A stretch of 64,000 bases of DNA from an uncultured Acidimicrobiales bacterium (GCA_937991435.1 CALKPY010000002.1:9840-73839); one strand, 5' to 3'. Shown: positions 9,040 through 18,139, counted from the first letter of the stretch. Translations and numbers: made by a program. Notes: a model not told the origin generated them from the letters alone.

Positions 9040-9711
9040 TCAGCTTCCGAGTTTGGCGAGACGCTCGGGAGACACCCAGCCGTGAGCAACAAGTGTGTCC
9101 CCAACGGAGGCGTCATGGCCTTCGAACAACGCTGCAATCTCAGGCTTAATCTTGTCGCGGTTCGGGGTGACGTAGTCGAGTACCGATGCTTGGTCGTCGT
9201 CGCCTTTGACCTTGAAGGACCGCTCGTCGTAGCGGCTCGCGCCGATACCGAACCGCTTCACGAGTCGACGTCCCCACGCGCGCTCTTCACCGTTTGGACG
9301 GTATCCAGGGCGAGGGATGAGATCGGCAAGTTCCTTATACGCGTCGAAGCCCGATGCATCGTTGAACTGGGCACCGATCAGCACATCTTCGTCAGGAAAG
9401 GCCATGAGCGCTCGATGATAAAGCTCGCTCATGAGCGCCCGAAGCACCGTTGATGCACGAGAGTTGTGGACGGTCGCTCCGAGCCCAACGATCACCGCAG
9501 GGGTGCCGCCGATGCGCTCAAGCGTCGAGAAGGTGTAACCCCTCAGGCGCCCATTTTCTCGTGCGGTGGTGCACAGCACCCAAAGCTCAGTTTGTTTGGA
9601 CAACAGGCCGATCGAAAACGGGTTTGGCCCCTCGGCGCAGATGTCGGCCATCTCTTCGAGTTCGGCGTCGGTGATTGCCGTGCAGTCCTGCGTAGTCACG
9701 TCAAGCGCCAT
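9040..9711 (-). CDS. Hypothetical protein (223 aa), family not recognised
   Basis: Long ORF with a coding-like composition, co-directional with the nitroreductase. No motif I can name. Confidence 0.45.
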   Translation of the reverse strand: MALDVTTQDCTAITDAELEEMADICAEGPNPFSIGLLSKQTELWVLCTTARENGRLRGYTFSTLERIGGTPAVIVGLGATVHNSRASTVLRALMSELYHRALMAFPDEDVLIGAQFNDASGFDAYKELADLIPRPGYRPNGEERAWGRRLVKRFGIGASRYDERSFKVKGDDDQASVLDYVTPNRDKIKPEIAALFEGHDASVGDTLVAHGWVSPERLAKLGS

Positions 9712-9912
9712 TGTTCAAGCCCCCCCAAGGAACCGGTTGCGAGTGCGATATCGCGTTCAAGCCGTCAATGCCGCCCCTAGATTGTCTCGCGCTACAACCG
9801 GTGCCGCAACCCGGGTTGTCGAATTGTCGCCGCATTGTTGAATCAACGCCCAAGAAATGACAACAGCGGCAACGGCAGGCAACACGAGCCCCACCGGCCA
9901 GGATGAGCTTGG

Positions 9913-12900
9913 TCAGGCCACAATGGCTTCGGGGCCGAGTAGCACCGCAAGCTCTCCCATCAGGGCGGAATCGGGCTCCACGGCATAGCGATTCGAGAGG
10001 CGGACCGTGCGAGGGCCCAACTCGATGAACACGTCGGACTCGCCCGGATGGCGAAGAAGCAGGTTCTTGAATGCCTCAAGGCGTTGCGGCTCAAGCGCGG
10101 TAGAAGACAAGCGAAGTTTCAGAGCGTTGACCCGCTCGGGGGCTACGAATACCTCGATCTCGTTGGCGATCATTTGCCGCTCGTCGTCATTGGCTTTGAC
10201 CCGACCTTTAACAATCACGATCGCGTCATCGCTCAACGCGTGGCCGTACTTGAGCATCGACCGGGGAAACACCATGACCTCGATCGATCCCTGCAGGTCC
10301 TCAAGTTCAAACACTGCCATCAGGTCTTGTTTGCGGGTGTATTTGCGCTGCAGGCTCGTCACTACGCCTCCGACGGCCCGGAACTCGCCATCGGGCAGCT
10401 CCTTGAGGTCGACGACGCTGCAGTCGGTTTTGCGCTGCAGCGCACCTTCGACTCCCATAAGCGGATGGTCCGAGATGTACAACCCGAGCATCTCCTTTTC
10501 AAGCGCTAGCCGAGGAGACTTCTCAAACTCGATGTCGGGAATCGTTGGCCGCTCTTCAAAGCCGCCCGATTCATCAGCATCACCGAACAGTGTCTGTATA
10601 CCCATGTCGCGTTCACGACGCCGACTCAGGGTGAGATCGATGATGCGCTCAAATACCTGCAACAACCCCTTGCGAGGCAGACCGAAACCGTCGAAACCGC
10701 CAGCCTTGATCAATGCTTCGATCGTGCGCTTGTTCAGCACCGATGGATCGACCCGCTCGCAGAAGTCGTAGAAATCTTCGAAGCGCCCGTTGGCTTCGCG
10801 CTCGGCAACGAGCAGGTCCACAAGTCCTTCACCGACGTTACGAACCGCCGAAAGGCCAAACACGATCTTGTCGGGATTACCAGATTCATCGGTCGCTGCG
10901 CTGAACGGACTGTCGGCAAGGTTCACATCAGGAACGAGAACCTCGATGTCCATGAGTCGGCACTCGTGGAGGTAGCCCGCAGCCTTGTCAAGGTTGCCCT
11001 TGACGCTTGTGAGCAGACTGGCCATGTACTCGACGGGGTAGTGAGCCTTGAGGTACGCAATCTGAAACGCGATAAACCCGTAGCCGTAGCTGTGACTCTT
11101 GTTGAACGCGTAGTCCGCGAAGGGTTCGATTCGTTCCCACCACGACTCGCCGACGTCAGGGCCGTAGCCAGTCGCCTTGCAGCCCGCGACGAACTTGACC
11201 TTTTCTTCGGCCATCTTCTCGCGGATCTTCTTACCGCACGCTTTGCGCAGATTGTCGGCTTCTTCGAGCGTGAATCCGGCGAATTTCTGCGCGATACGCA
11301 TCATGGATTCCTGATAGATCATCAGGCCGTAGGTGTCTTTAAGGATCTCTGCAGCGTCGCTGTGTACTTGGGTGATGGGCTGTCGCCCGTTTTTGCGATC
11401 GGCGTAGTCAGTATGCATGTTCATCGCCATTGGACCAGGGCGATACAGGGCGACAAGCGCAGCGACATCGTCGAAGTTCGTGGGCGCCAAGGAACGCATG
11501 AGCGCGCGCATGGGCGAGCTTTCGAGCTGGAACACGCCAATCGTGTCACCCCGCTGCAGCAACTCGTAGGTCGCCAGATCATCGAGCGGCACGTTGTCGA
11601 TGTCGACGTCGATGCCGCGGGTACGTTTGATCAGCGCCAGCGCGTCGCTGATCACATCGAGATTTCGCAGGCCGAGGAAATCCAGCTTCAGCAGGCCGAG
11701 ATCTTCGACGCCATGCATTTCGAATTGGGTGACGACCGGCGCCTCGTCTGGATCCTGTCCGCTAACAGGCTTGCGCTGAATCGGCAGATACGTCGTCAAC
11801 GGAAGGTCGGTGATCACTACCGCGGCGGCGTGAATGCTGTCGCCACGCCGAAGTCCTTCGAGCCCAAGTGCGACGTCGAGCACTTGGCGGGCCTCGGTGT
11901 CGGCCCCATGCAGTTCACGTAGCTCTTTGGCCATTGCAAAGCCGTCTTCGTACTTGTCATGCTTTTCAAGACAGGCATACAGGGGCGTATCACGCCCCAT
12001 GACGAGCGGCGGCATCAACTTCGCTATGCGGTCACCAACGGCGTACGGATGGCCCAAGACGCGGGCGGCATCACGGACCGCAGCGCGAGCTTTGATAGTC
12101 GAAAACGTGATGATCTGTGCCACGTGCTCGCGCCCGTAGCGCTCGGAGGCATAGCGGATCATCTCGTCTCGGTAGCGCGAATCGAAGTCCATGTCGATAT
12201 CTGGCATCTGGCGCCGGCCAGGGTTCAGGAACCGTTCAAACAGCAGGTCGTACTTGATCGGGTCCAAGTCGGTGATCCGCAAGCAGTAACTGACGGCACA
12301 ACCGGCCGCGCTTCCTCGTCCGGGGCCCACGCGTATGTTGCAATCGCGAGCGTGCTGAATCAGGTCGCCTGTTATCAGGAAGTATGACGAAAAGCCCATG
12401 TCATCAATGACCTTGAGCTCATACGCAAGGCGTTCGACTGTCTTGTCATCGAGCTGGTCGCCCCAGCGTTCTCGGGCACCTTCAAAGGTCAGGTGTTCGA
12501 GATATTGCCCATCGGTCAAGAACCCTTCGGGCAGCGGGAATGCCGGCAATTTTGGCTCGCCGAACTCGATCTCAACGTTGCATCGCTCGGCGATCCACAA
12601 GGTGTTATCACACGCCGACGGGACCTCGCGAAAGACGTCGCGCATCTCGACCGCGGACTTGAGGTAGTGATCGTGACCATCGAACTGGAATCGATCGGGG
12701 TCGCTCATCAGGGAGCCGGTTTGCACGCACAACAGCGCGTCGTGGGCCTGGTGGTCTTCGGCGTGGGTGTAGTGACTGTCGTTGGTCGCAACGAGCGGTG
12801 CGCCAATGTGGCGGGCGATATCGAGCAGCTGCGGGTTGGTCTGGCGTTGGGCCGCGATTCCTTGGTCTTGCAACTCGACGAAGAGATTGTCACGACCAAA

Positions 12901-13437
12901 GATGTCTTGTAGACGTCCAGCCTTACGTCTGGCGCCCTCTTCGTTGCCGTTGAGAAGCTCCTGCAGCACATGTCCGCCGAGACAGCCGGTAGTCGCAATG
13001 ATTCCGTCGCTGTGCTCTTCGAGTAGCTCCCAGTCGATCCTGGGCTTGTAGTAATACCCCTCGAGGTACGCGCGGCTTGACAACTGAATCAGATTTCGAT
13101 AGCCGATCTGATTCTCAGCCAGCAAGGTGAGGTGGTAATACAGCTTGGCGCCAGAGTCGGTGTCGCCGCCGCTGTCATCGAGACGGCCTCGACGCTTGGG
13201 GCGTTCACTTCGATGATCGTGGGCCATATAGGCCTCGGTGCCGATGATTGGTTTGACGCCGGCGTTGTTGCACTCTCGGTAGAAATCGAGGGTGCCATAC
13301 ATATTGCCGTGATCGGTCATGGCGAGCGCTGGCTGGCCGTCGGCCGCAGCGGCTGCAGCAAGCTCCCCTACCCGGGAGGCACCGTCGAGCATTGAGAACT
13401 CGGTGTGTACATGAAGATGCGAAAAGGAACTTGCCAC
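9913..13437 (-). CDS. dnaE: DNA polymerase III alpha subunit
   Basis: 1174 aa with PHP-domain start FSHLHVHTEFSMLDG and polymerase core motifs (GPGRGSAAG, MPDIDMDF). GTG start preceded by GGTGGAG. Confidence 0.97.
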   Translation of the reverse strand: MASSFSHLHVHTEFSMLDGASRVGELAAAAAADGQPALAMTDHGNMYGTLDFYRECNNAGVKPIIGTEAYMAHDHRSERPKRRGRLDDSGGDTDSGAKLYYHLTLLAENQIGYRNLIQLSSRAYLEGYYYKPRIDWELLEEHSDGIIATTGCLGGHVLQELLNGNEEGARRKAGRLQDIFGRDNLFVELQDQGIAAQRQTNPQLLDIARHIGAPLVATNDSHYTHAEDHQAHDALLCVQTGSLMSDPDRFQFDGHDHYLKSAVEMRDVFREVPSACDNTLWIAERCNVEIEFGEPKLPAFPLPEGFLTDGQYLEHLTFEGARERWGDQLDDKTVERLAYELKVIDDMGFSSYFLITGDLIQHARDCNIRVGPGRGSAAGCAVSYCLRITDLDPIKYDLLFERFLNPGRRQMPDIDMDFDSRYRDEMIRYASERYGREHVAQIITFSTIKARAAVRDAARVLGHPYAVGDRIAKLMPPLVMGRDTPLYACLEKHDKYEDGFAMAKELRELHGADTEARQVLDVALGLEGLRRGDSIHAAAVVITDLPLTTYLPIQRKPVSGQDPDEAPVVTQFEMHGVEDLGLLKLDFLGLRNLDVISDALALIKRTRGIDVDIDNVPLDDLATYELLQRGDTIGVFQLESSPMRALMRSLAPTNFDDVAALVALYRPGPMAMNMHTDYADRKNGRQPITQVHSDAAEILKDTYGLMIYQESMMRIAQKFAGFTLEEADNLRKACGKKIREKMAEEKVKFVAGCKATGYGPDVGESWWERIEPFADYAFNKSHSYGYGFIAFQIAYLKAHYPVEYMASLLTSVKGNLDKAAGYLHECRLMDIEVLVPDVNLADSPFSAATDESGNPDKIVFGLSAVRNVGEGLVDLLVAEREANGRFEDFYDFCERVDPSVLNKRTIEALIKAGGFDGFGLPRKGLLQVFERIIDLTLSRRRERDMGIQTLFGDADESGGFEERPTIPDIEFEKSPRLALEKEMLGLYISDHPLMGVEGALQRKTDCSVVDLKELPDGEFRAVGGVVTSLQRKYTRKQDLMAVFELEDLQGSIEVMVFPRSMLKYGHALSDDAIVIVKGRVKANDDERQMIANEIEVFVAPERVNALKLRLSSTALEPQRLEAFKNLLLRHPGESDVFIELGPRTVRLSNRYAVEPDSALMGELAVLLGPEAIVA

Positions 13438-13539
13438 GAATTCTCCACCGCTCAGGGCGACATGTGTGTAATTTCGGAACCTAGCAGGGCCGATCTCCCG
13501 AGCGCAGGTACTCCCGCCCGGTACTCACGTGGTCACATA

Positions 13540-14058
13540 TTAGAGATACTGGCCGGGACGGCTCTCTGGTACTTGTCCGCCGGCCGGCGCAGGGGTACCT
13601 GCGGGAAGCCCCTGGCGCATCGAAGCCAGTTGCTGCTGCGCCGCCACCTGTTGGGCAAACAAGGTTGCCTGAATGCCTTGCACAAGTCCCTCAAGCCATC
13701 CGACAAGCTGTGCCTTGGCCACCGCTAGTTCGGCTTCGCTTGGGGTTGAAACGTTGCTGAAAGGTAACGACAGGCGAAGCAGCTCATCGTGAAGATCGGG
13801 CGACAACGCACTGCTCAGCTCTTCAACGGATTGCTCATAGATATCGCGCATGCGCTCTCGTGATGGCTCATCGAGATCGATTTCCCGGACCTGTTCGAGT
13901 AGCTGGCGCATCATGGCTCCAACGCGCATGACCTTTGCCGGTTGTTCAATTGACTCGCCATCTGTGACCGGCGATTGCTCGGCAGACGGTGGTGCGTCAA
14001 CAAGCTCTGCAGGCTCAACGTGATCGGCTGATGGGGCGCTCCCGGTCGTATCCGTCAT
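13540..14058 (-). CDS. bpa: Bacterial proteasome activator Bpa/PafE
   Basis: 172 aa. EQPAKVMRVGAMMRQLLEQVR and AKAQLVGWLEGLVQGIQATLFAQQ closely resemble the M. tuberculosis Rv3780 sequence as I remember it. The protein ends in GQYL, the proteasome-docking motif. Confidence 0.9.
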   Translation of the reverse strand: MTDTTGSAPSADHVEPAELVDAPPSAEQSPVTDGESIEQPAKVMRVGAMMRQLLEQVREIDLDEPSRERMRDIYEQSVEELSSALSPDLHDELLRLSLPFSNVSTPSEAELAVAKAQLVGWLEGLVQGIQATLFAQQVAAQQQLASMRQGLPAGTPAPAGGQVPESRPGQYL

Positions 14059-14112
14059 AGCTTTAGCTCCTGTAGGTCCGAGACGCAGAATCGTAGGGGT
14101 CGCAACTTGGTT

Positions 14113-15252
14113 TCAACCATCGCGATCAAGGCAAATGAGAGGCACGTGCATTTCGGCCGCCGTGACGGAACCGTGGCGTCCGAATAGGTGTATCGACGGT
14201 GGATTTTGTTCTTCGAACGCCAAAACGCCCCGCGCTGCCATCGCCACATCGCCGAGCCGAGAAGCAGCTGGCCGCGACACCTGCGGACCGAGCCAGCCCT
14301 GGTCGATCACCTGTTGACGGGTGCGAACCCACGCGTGTTCGCTGTGAGCCGCTAGCGCACGCTCGTACAGCGCTTCGCTTCGGTTCGGAGCCGAATGCAG
14401 CCACACAAAGCGGGCCTCGCCCGACATCGCCACGGTTTCGCGCAGAACACCGTCATCTACCGGAACAATCTCGTCATCGGTCAGTACTTGTCCATGATCG
14501 GCGGTAACCAACATGGCCGCTCCGTCAGGAAGCACCTGTTGCAGATCGCTCACCAAGCGGTCAATGAACGCCAGCTCGGCGTCATATGAATCACCGTGAC
14601 CACGCTCGTGGCCAATCCGATCGAGACCGTCGTAGTAGACGTACACAAAGCGTTCTCCTGCGGTCAGCGCGGTACGTACCTCGTGAACCAGCATCGCTGG
14701 CGTGCTCCAACCCAGAAACCGTGTACCGCCGAGATGCGCCTGGGTGAATCCGCTTCCTCGAAACTCGCTTTTGGTGATCACGACCGGTTGCCGACCACTA
14801 AATGGAACCACGGGTTGCAGCTCGGCAGGCACGATTCGTTCACGCGCATCGCCGTTGCCGGTTCGCCAACGCAGCGCGTTGAGAGTTTCTCCTTCGATTC
14901 GCATGCGGTAGCCAACCAGGCCGTGTTCACCTGGGGGGCACCCGGTCGTCAGTGATGTCAGCGCAGCCGAGGTGGTCGACGGTGCGACAGTCGTCACCGC
15001 TACTCGCTCAGCGTCAACCAGCGTCGGGGCGACCTCTGCCCTTCGCAACAACTGGTGCCAACCCAGACCATCGACAACGAAAACGACGACCTGTTCGGCA
15101 TCGAGGGCTCGGTCGGGTACCCAGCCACGACCGATGACATCATGTTCGAGAAGAGCGGGAACGATATTGGTGATGCAAGCACCCTGGTAATCAGGAAGCA
15201 CCAGTTCAGTGTCAAACGGGGTCGTAGTCACTGAACCAACTGCTGGCACCAT
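14113..15252 (-). CDS. Alkaline-phosphatase superfamily protein (nucleotide pyrophosphatase/phosphodiesterase-like)
   Basis: VVFVVDGLGWHQL metal-site motif, YYDGLDRIGHERG and LVTADHG motifs. Start trimmed to ATG 15252 (longest ORF reaches 15327). Confidence 0.65.
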   Translation of the reverse strand: MVPAVGSVTTTPFDTELVLPDYQGACITNIVPALLEHDVIGRGWVPDRALDAEQVVVFVVDGLGWHQLLRRAEVAPTLVDAERVAVTTVAPSTTSAALTSLTTGCPPGEHGLVGYRMRIEGETLNALRWRTGNGDARERIVPAELQPVVPFSGRQPVVITKSEFRGSGFTQAHLGGTRFLGWSTPAMLVHEVRTALTAGERFVYVYYDGLDRIGHERGHGDSYDAELAFIDRLVSDLQQVLPDGAAMLVTADHGQVLTDDEIVPVDDGVLRETVAMSGEARFVWLHSAPNRSEALYERALAAHSEHAWVRTRQQVIDQGWLGPQVSRPAASRLGDVAMAARGVLAFEEQNPPSIHLFGRHGSVTAAEMHVPLICLDRDG

Positions 15253-15272
15253 TGAGTTGTGTGTCCATAAAC

Positions 15273-15299
15273 GTGACGGTAGTAGCCGCGCACCGTCAC
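15273..15299. promoter_or_regulatory. Inverted repeat GTGACGGT-N11-ACCGTCAC in the divergent promoter region; candidate Rrf2 operator
   Basis: Perfect 8-bp arms read directly. Lies in the 98-bp gap between the AlkP-family gene and the Rrf2 regulator gene. Confidence 0.4.
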
Positions 15300-15350
15300 A
15301 GTGTGGCCGTTTCGGCGGGGCTCGCATCGCACCGTCTACGATGGACCCTC

Positions 15351-15800
15351 ATGCGCGTATCAACCCGTGGCGACTACGCCTGTCGAGCGCTTCTTTCGTT
15401 GACAATGCGAGAAGACCGCACGAAGCCCGTTTCGGTCCGCGACATCGCAGATCGCACCGGCCTACCTCAGCCTTACCTCGAACAGATTTTGCTCGCACTC
15501 AAGGGCGCAGGCATCGTTCGCTCGAAGCGCGGTGTTGGCGGCGGGTACACACTCGCACGTGAACCTCAAGAAATCGCGTTGAGCCAGATTGTGAGCGCAG
15601 TCGACGGCCCGATCGTTGCGGGTGACTTCGGCGTGCCCCACAGTGACAGTGCGTGCGATCACGAGGGACAGTGCGTGTTGTTGGCTGTATGGGGCCATGT
15701 CGGAGACCAGATGCGCGATCTTCTCGACTCGTTCATGCTTTCCGATGTCGCACTGATGGCACGAGGTGAACTGGCCTGGCCCGAAATAGCGGCCGAATAG
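15351..15800 (+). CDS. Rrf2-family transcriptional regulator
   Basis: MRVSTRGDYACRALLSL start and wHTH segment VSVRDIADRTGLPQPYLEQILLALKGAGIVRSKRGVGGGY. The longest ORF (from 15252) adds a non-homologous extension. Confidence 0.85.
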   Translation: MRVSTRGDYACRALLSLTMREDRTKPVSVRDIADRTGLPQPYLEQILLALKGAGIVRSKRGVGGGYTLAREPQEIALSQIVSAVDGPIVAGDFGVPHSDSACDHEGQCVLLAVWGHVGDQMRDLLDSFMLSDVALMARGELAWPEIAAE

Positions 15801-15833
15801 CCAGTACCCAGTGCTCACCAACGCTTTCCGGTG

Positions 15834-16778
15834 TCAGTCAGGCGACTCGTCGGAGCTGAGACCGAGCGAGTTGATCAAGGTCGCCATGTCGGTCGGCGGC
15901 GGTTGAACAAAGTGCATTGTCGCACCAGTAACCGGGTGCGAAAAGGCTAACTCGGTTGCGTGTAGCGCGACCCGGTCAAAGGTCAGTCCGTCACGGCTCG
16001 CCCCATAGATCACGTCACCAACGACCGGATGCCCGATCGCGGCGAGGTGCACACGGATCTGATGCGTTCGCCCAGTTTCGAGTCGGCATCGAAGCAGGGT
16101 CGCTGCTGGGCCGTCATAGCGCCGATCGATCACTTCGTAGTGGGTCACAGCATCGCGGCCGTCAGCAGCGACCGCCATTTTCGTTCGTCGGCGGCTCGAA
16201 CGTCCAATCGGAGCGTCGATCACACCTCGGTCATCAGCGGCCACACCGTGGCTCACAGCGGTGTAGAGACGCATGACGGTGCGGGCCGCGAGGGCGTCTA
16301 CCAGGTGGTCGTATGCGTCGCCACTTCGTGCGACCACCAACAGCCCGCTGGTCGTCGCGTCGAGGCGATGAACAATTCCTGGGCGATGACAGTCTCCGAT
16401 GTCAGCGATATCGGGGAAGCGAGCGAGAAGACCATTGACCAAGGTCGCAACCGGGCGACCGGCGCCTGGGTGCACGACGAGCCCAGCCGGCTTGTTGACC
16501 ACAATGACTTGACTGTCGCTGTGAATAACCTCGAACTCGATCTGGCTTTCTGCGGCTGGTAGTGCGGTTTCGGCGGCATGGAACTCGAACGTCACCCTCA
16601 TACCAGCGTTTACACGTGTCACGCGCGATGACCGTGAAGCCCCGTCAACGTTTACCGAACCAGCGGCTATGAGCTCTTTTGCCTCGGACCGGGAGCAACC
16701 GCTGAGCATGGCGACGACCCGATCGAGGCGTTCGCCGTCGAGTGCGGCTGGAATCACTTCGTCAACCACTGAGGCCAT
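15834..16778 (-). CDS. rluD: RluA-family 23S rRNA pseudouridine synthase (RluD-like)
   Basis: S4 domain (ERLDRVVAMLSGCSRSEAKELIAAGSVNVDG) and catalytic motif HRLDATTSGLLVVA. Start uncertain: ATG at 16778, 16790 or 16835, or GTG at 16769. Confidence 0.85.
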   Translation of the reverse strand: MASVVDEVIPAALDGERLDRVVAMLSGCSRSEAKELIAAGSVNVDGASRSSRVTRVNAGMRVTFEFHAAETALPAAESQIEFEVIHSDSQVIVVNKPAGLVVHPGAGRPVATLVNGLLARFPDIADIGDCHRPGIVHRLDATTSGLLVVARSGDAYDHLVDALAARTVMRLYTAVSHGVAADDRGVIDAPIGRSSRRRTKMAVAADGRDAVTHYEVIDRRYDGPAATLLRCRLETGRTHQIRVHLAAIGHPVVGDVIYGASRDGLTFDRVALHATELAFSHPVTGATMHFVQPPPTDMATLINSLGLSSDESPD

Positions 16779-17310
16779 TGGGTGCTCCATCGGCGCTCGT
16801 GCCGGATTGTTGTTCGTGATGTTCATCGTCGGCAAAGACCTGACCGCGCCAGATCATCAGCGCTAGACCTGCAGTTCCAACCACGACCGCCATGTCTGCA
16901 ACGTTGAACACGGGCCACCACTGCAAATCAATGAAGTCGACCACGCCCCCACTCAAGATTCCGTCCTCGGCACGCACAATGCGGTCGATCAGATTGCCAA
17001 TCGCTCCGCCAACAACGAGACCAAGTAAGGCAAGTAGACGACGATCAGTCATCGATCGGGCCCACCACAGCACTCCGAGGACGATCGCTATTACGAGAAG
17101 CCCGAGCCACCGACCCAGTCCCCCGCCGATGCCGAATGCCGAGCCGAAATTTCGGATTAAGCGAAATCGCAAGCTACCGGCGACATCGATGACGTCGCCG
17201 GTGAGTCTGTCGACCGCCCAGACCTTAGTGACCTGATCGACCGCGATCACGACAAGCGCGATCGCCACCAACAAGGCACGCGAACGACGAAGATCGCCGA
17301 AATCGGTCAT
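16762..17310 (-). CDS. lspA: Lipoprotein signal peptidase II
   Basis: Multi-TM protein with IRNFGSAFGIG, GGAIGNLIDR and VVDFIDL..FNVAD motifs. Start trimmed to ATG 17310. Confidence 0.9.
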   Translation of the reverse strand: MTDFGDLRRSRALLVAIALVVIAVDQVTKVWAVDRLTGDVIDVAGSLRFRLIRNFGSAFGIGGGLGRWLGLLVIAIVLGVLWWARSMTDRRLLALLGLVVGGAIGNLIDRIVRAEDGILSGGVVDFIDLQWWPVFNVADMAVVVGTAGLALMIWRGQVFADDEHHEQQSGTSADGAPNGLSG

Positions 17311-17321
17311 GTGAAGGTCGC

Positions 17322-18023
17322 TCAGCGGCGACGGAACCCGGCGACTTTGTACTCGACGCGCTCCGCGGCCCAAGGAATGACCTCGAGTCGTTCTTGAGGA
17401 ATTGCGAGGCCTGACGTCACACACATGCCATAGGTGCCTTCGTCGACGCGCTTGAGAGCTGCATCGATTTCTTCGACGGCAGCCTGAGCGTGACTGCTCA
17501 GCGCGAGGTCTCGCTCGCGTTCGATCGCCAAGGTGTCACCCTCGCCGGATTCCTCGTCGAATTGCACATCGCCTGGCTCGCGTCCTTCGAGCAAGCTGTC
17601 GGCCTCGGCCTTCCAAACCTCAGCCGACGACACATATCGAGCCCGTTCTTCGAGCAATCGACTTTTCTGAGCTGCGACGAACTTGGCGCTGAAGGTCGAC
17701 TTGGGCACCACCATCTTCTTGGTTGTCGCCTTGGAAGGTGACGTTGATGGCGCTGGAGTCGCAGCAGCGGTCTTTGCCTTGGCTTTCTTCGGTTCTGAAG
17801 TCGTGGCGTCCTTTTTCCCCGCAGCCTTCTTTGGCGCGGCTTTCTTTGCGGCTGTCTTTTTCGCAGCAGCCTTTTTGGGGGTCGCCTTGGTAGCGGCAGC
17901 CTTCTTCGCAGCCGGTTTCGCAGCTGCTTTCTTGGTCACCGCAGCGGTTTTTGACGCCGGCGATTTCTTCGTTGTGGCCTTCTTGGCCGGTGTTTTCTTT
18001 GCGGCCTTCTTCTTTGCAGCCAT
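17322..18023 (-). CDS. Fusion of an N-terminal Lys/Ala/Pro-rich histone H1-like domain with a C-terminal DksA/TraR-like domain (DdbA-like)
   Basis: From ATG 18023: MAAKKKAAKKTPAKKATTKKSPASK...(about 105 aa of AAKK/PAKK repeats), then coiled-coil and EEIDAALKRVDEGTYGMCVTSGLAIPQERLEVIPWAAERVEY. The finger retains only one Cys. Sits between lspA and ileS. Confidence 0.75.
   Translation of the reverse strand: MAAKKKAAKKTPAKKATTKKSPASKTAAVTKKAAAKPAAKKAAATKATPKKAAAKKTAAKKAAPKKAAGKKDATTSEPKKAKAKTAAATPAPSTSPSKATTKKMVVPKSTFSAKFVAAQKSRLLEERARYVSSAEVWKAEADSLLEGREPGDVQFDEESGEGDTLAIERERDLALSSHAQAAVEEIDAALKRVDEGTYGMCVTSGLAIPQERLEVIPWAAERVEYKVAGFRRR
17709..18023 (-). repeat. Low-complexity coding repeats (AAKK/PAKK units) of the histone-like domain
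   Basis: Repetitive GCAGCCTTCTT/GCGGCCTTCTT-type units visible on the plus strand. Coding, not a CRISPR or satellite. Confidence 0.8.
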
Positions 18024-18139
18024 CGCCACCCTTCCAGTCGACGCGGCGCCGGGATTATAGCGAACGATAATGCGACCGGTACATGCGGCCGCGCGAGATA
18101 CCCTCACACCCGATTCGCGACCTAGCCGAGGGATCACCG

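Noticed and set aside
10966-11922. 318-aa ORF antisense to dnaE (and several shorter ones between 10007 and 13395)
   Set aside because: Same reasoning. dnaE on the minus strand is full length with clear PHP and polymerase motifs, and the antisense products look like low-complexity off-frame sequence.
17709-18023. Repetitive DNA that might be a CRISPR array or satellite
   Set aside because: The repeats are short, imperfect and in frame (AAKK/PAKK codons) within a protein with a recognisable C-terminal domain. There is no repeat-spacer architecture.
18060-18100. T-box riboswitch call for the ileS leader
   Set aside because: The best candidate stretch (GACCGGUACAUGCGG) lacks the canonical UGGN needed to pair with the tRNA NCCA end, and I cannot identify a Stem I or specifier loop by eye. 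Only the SD-sequestering helix is reported.
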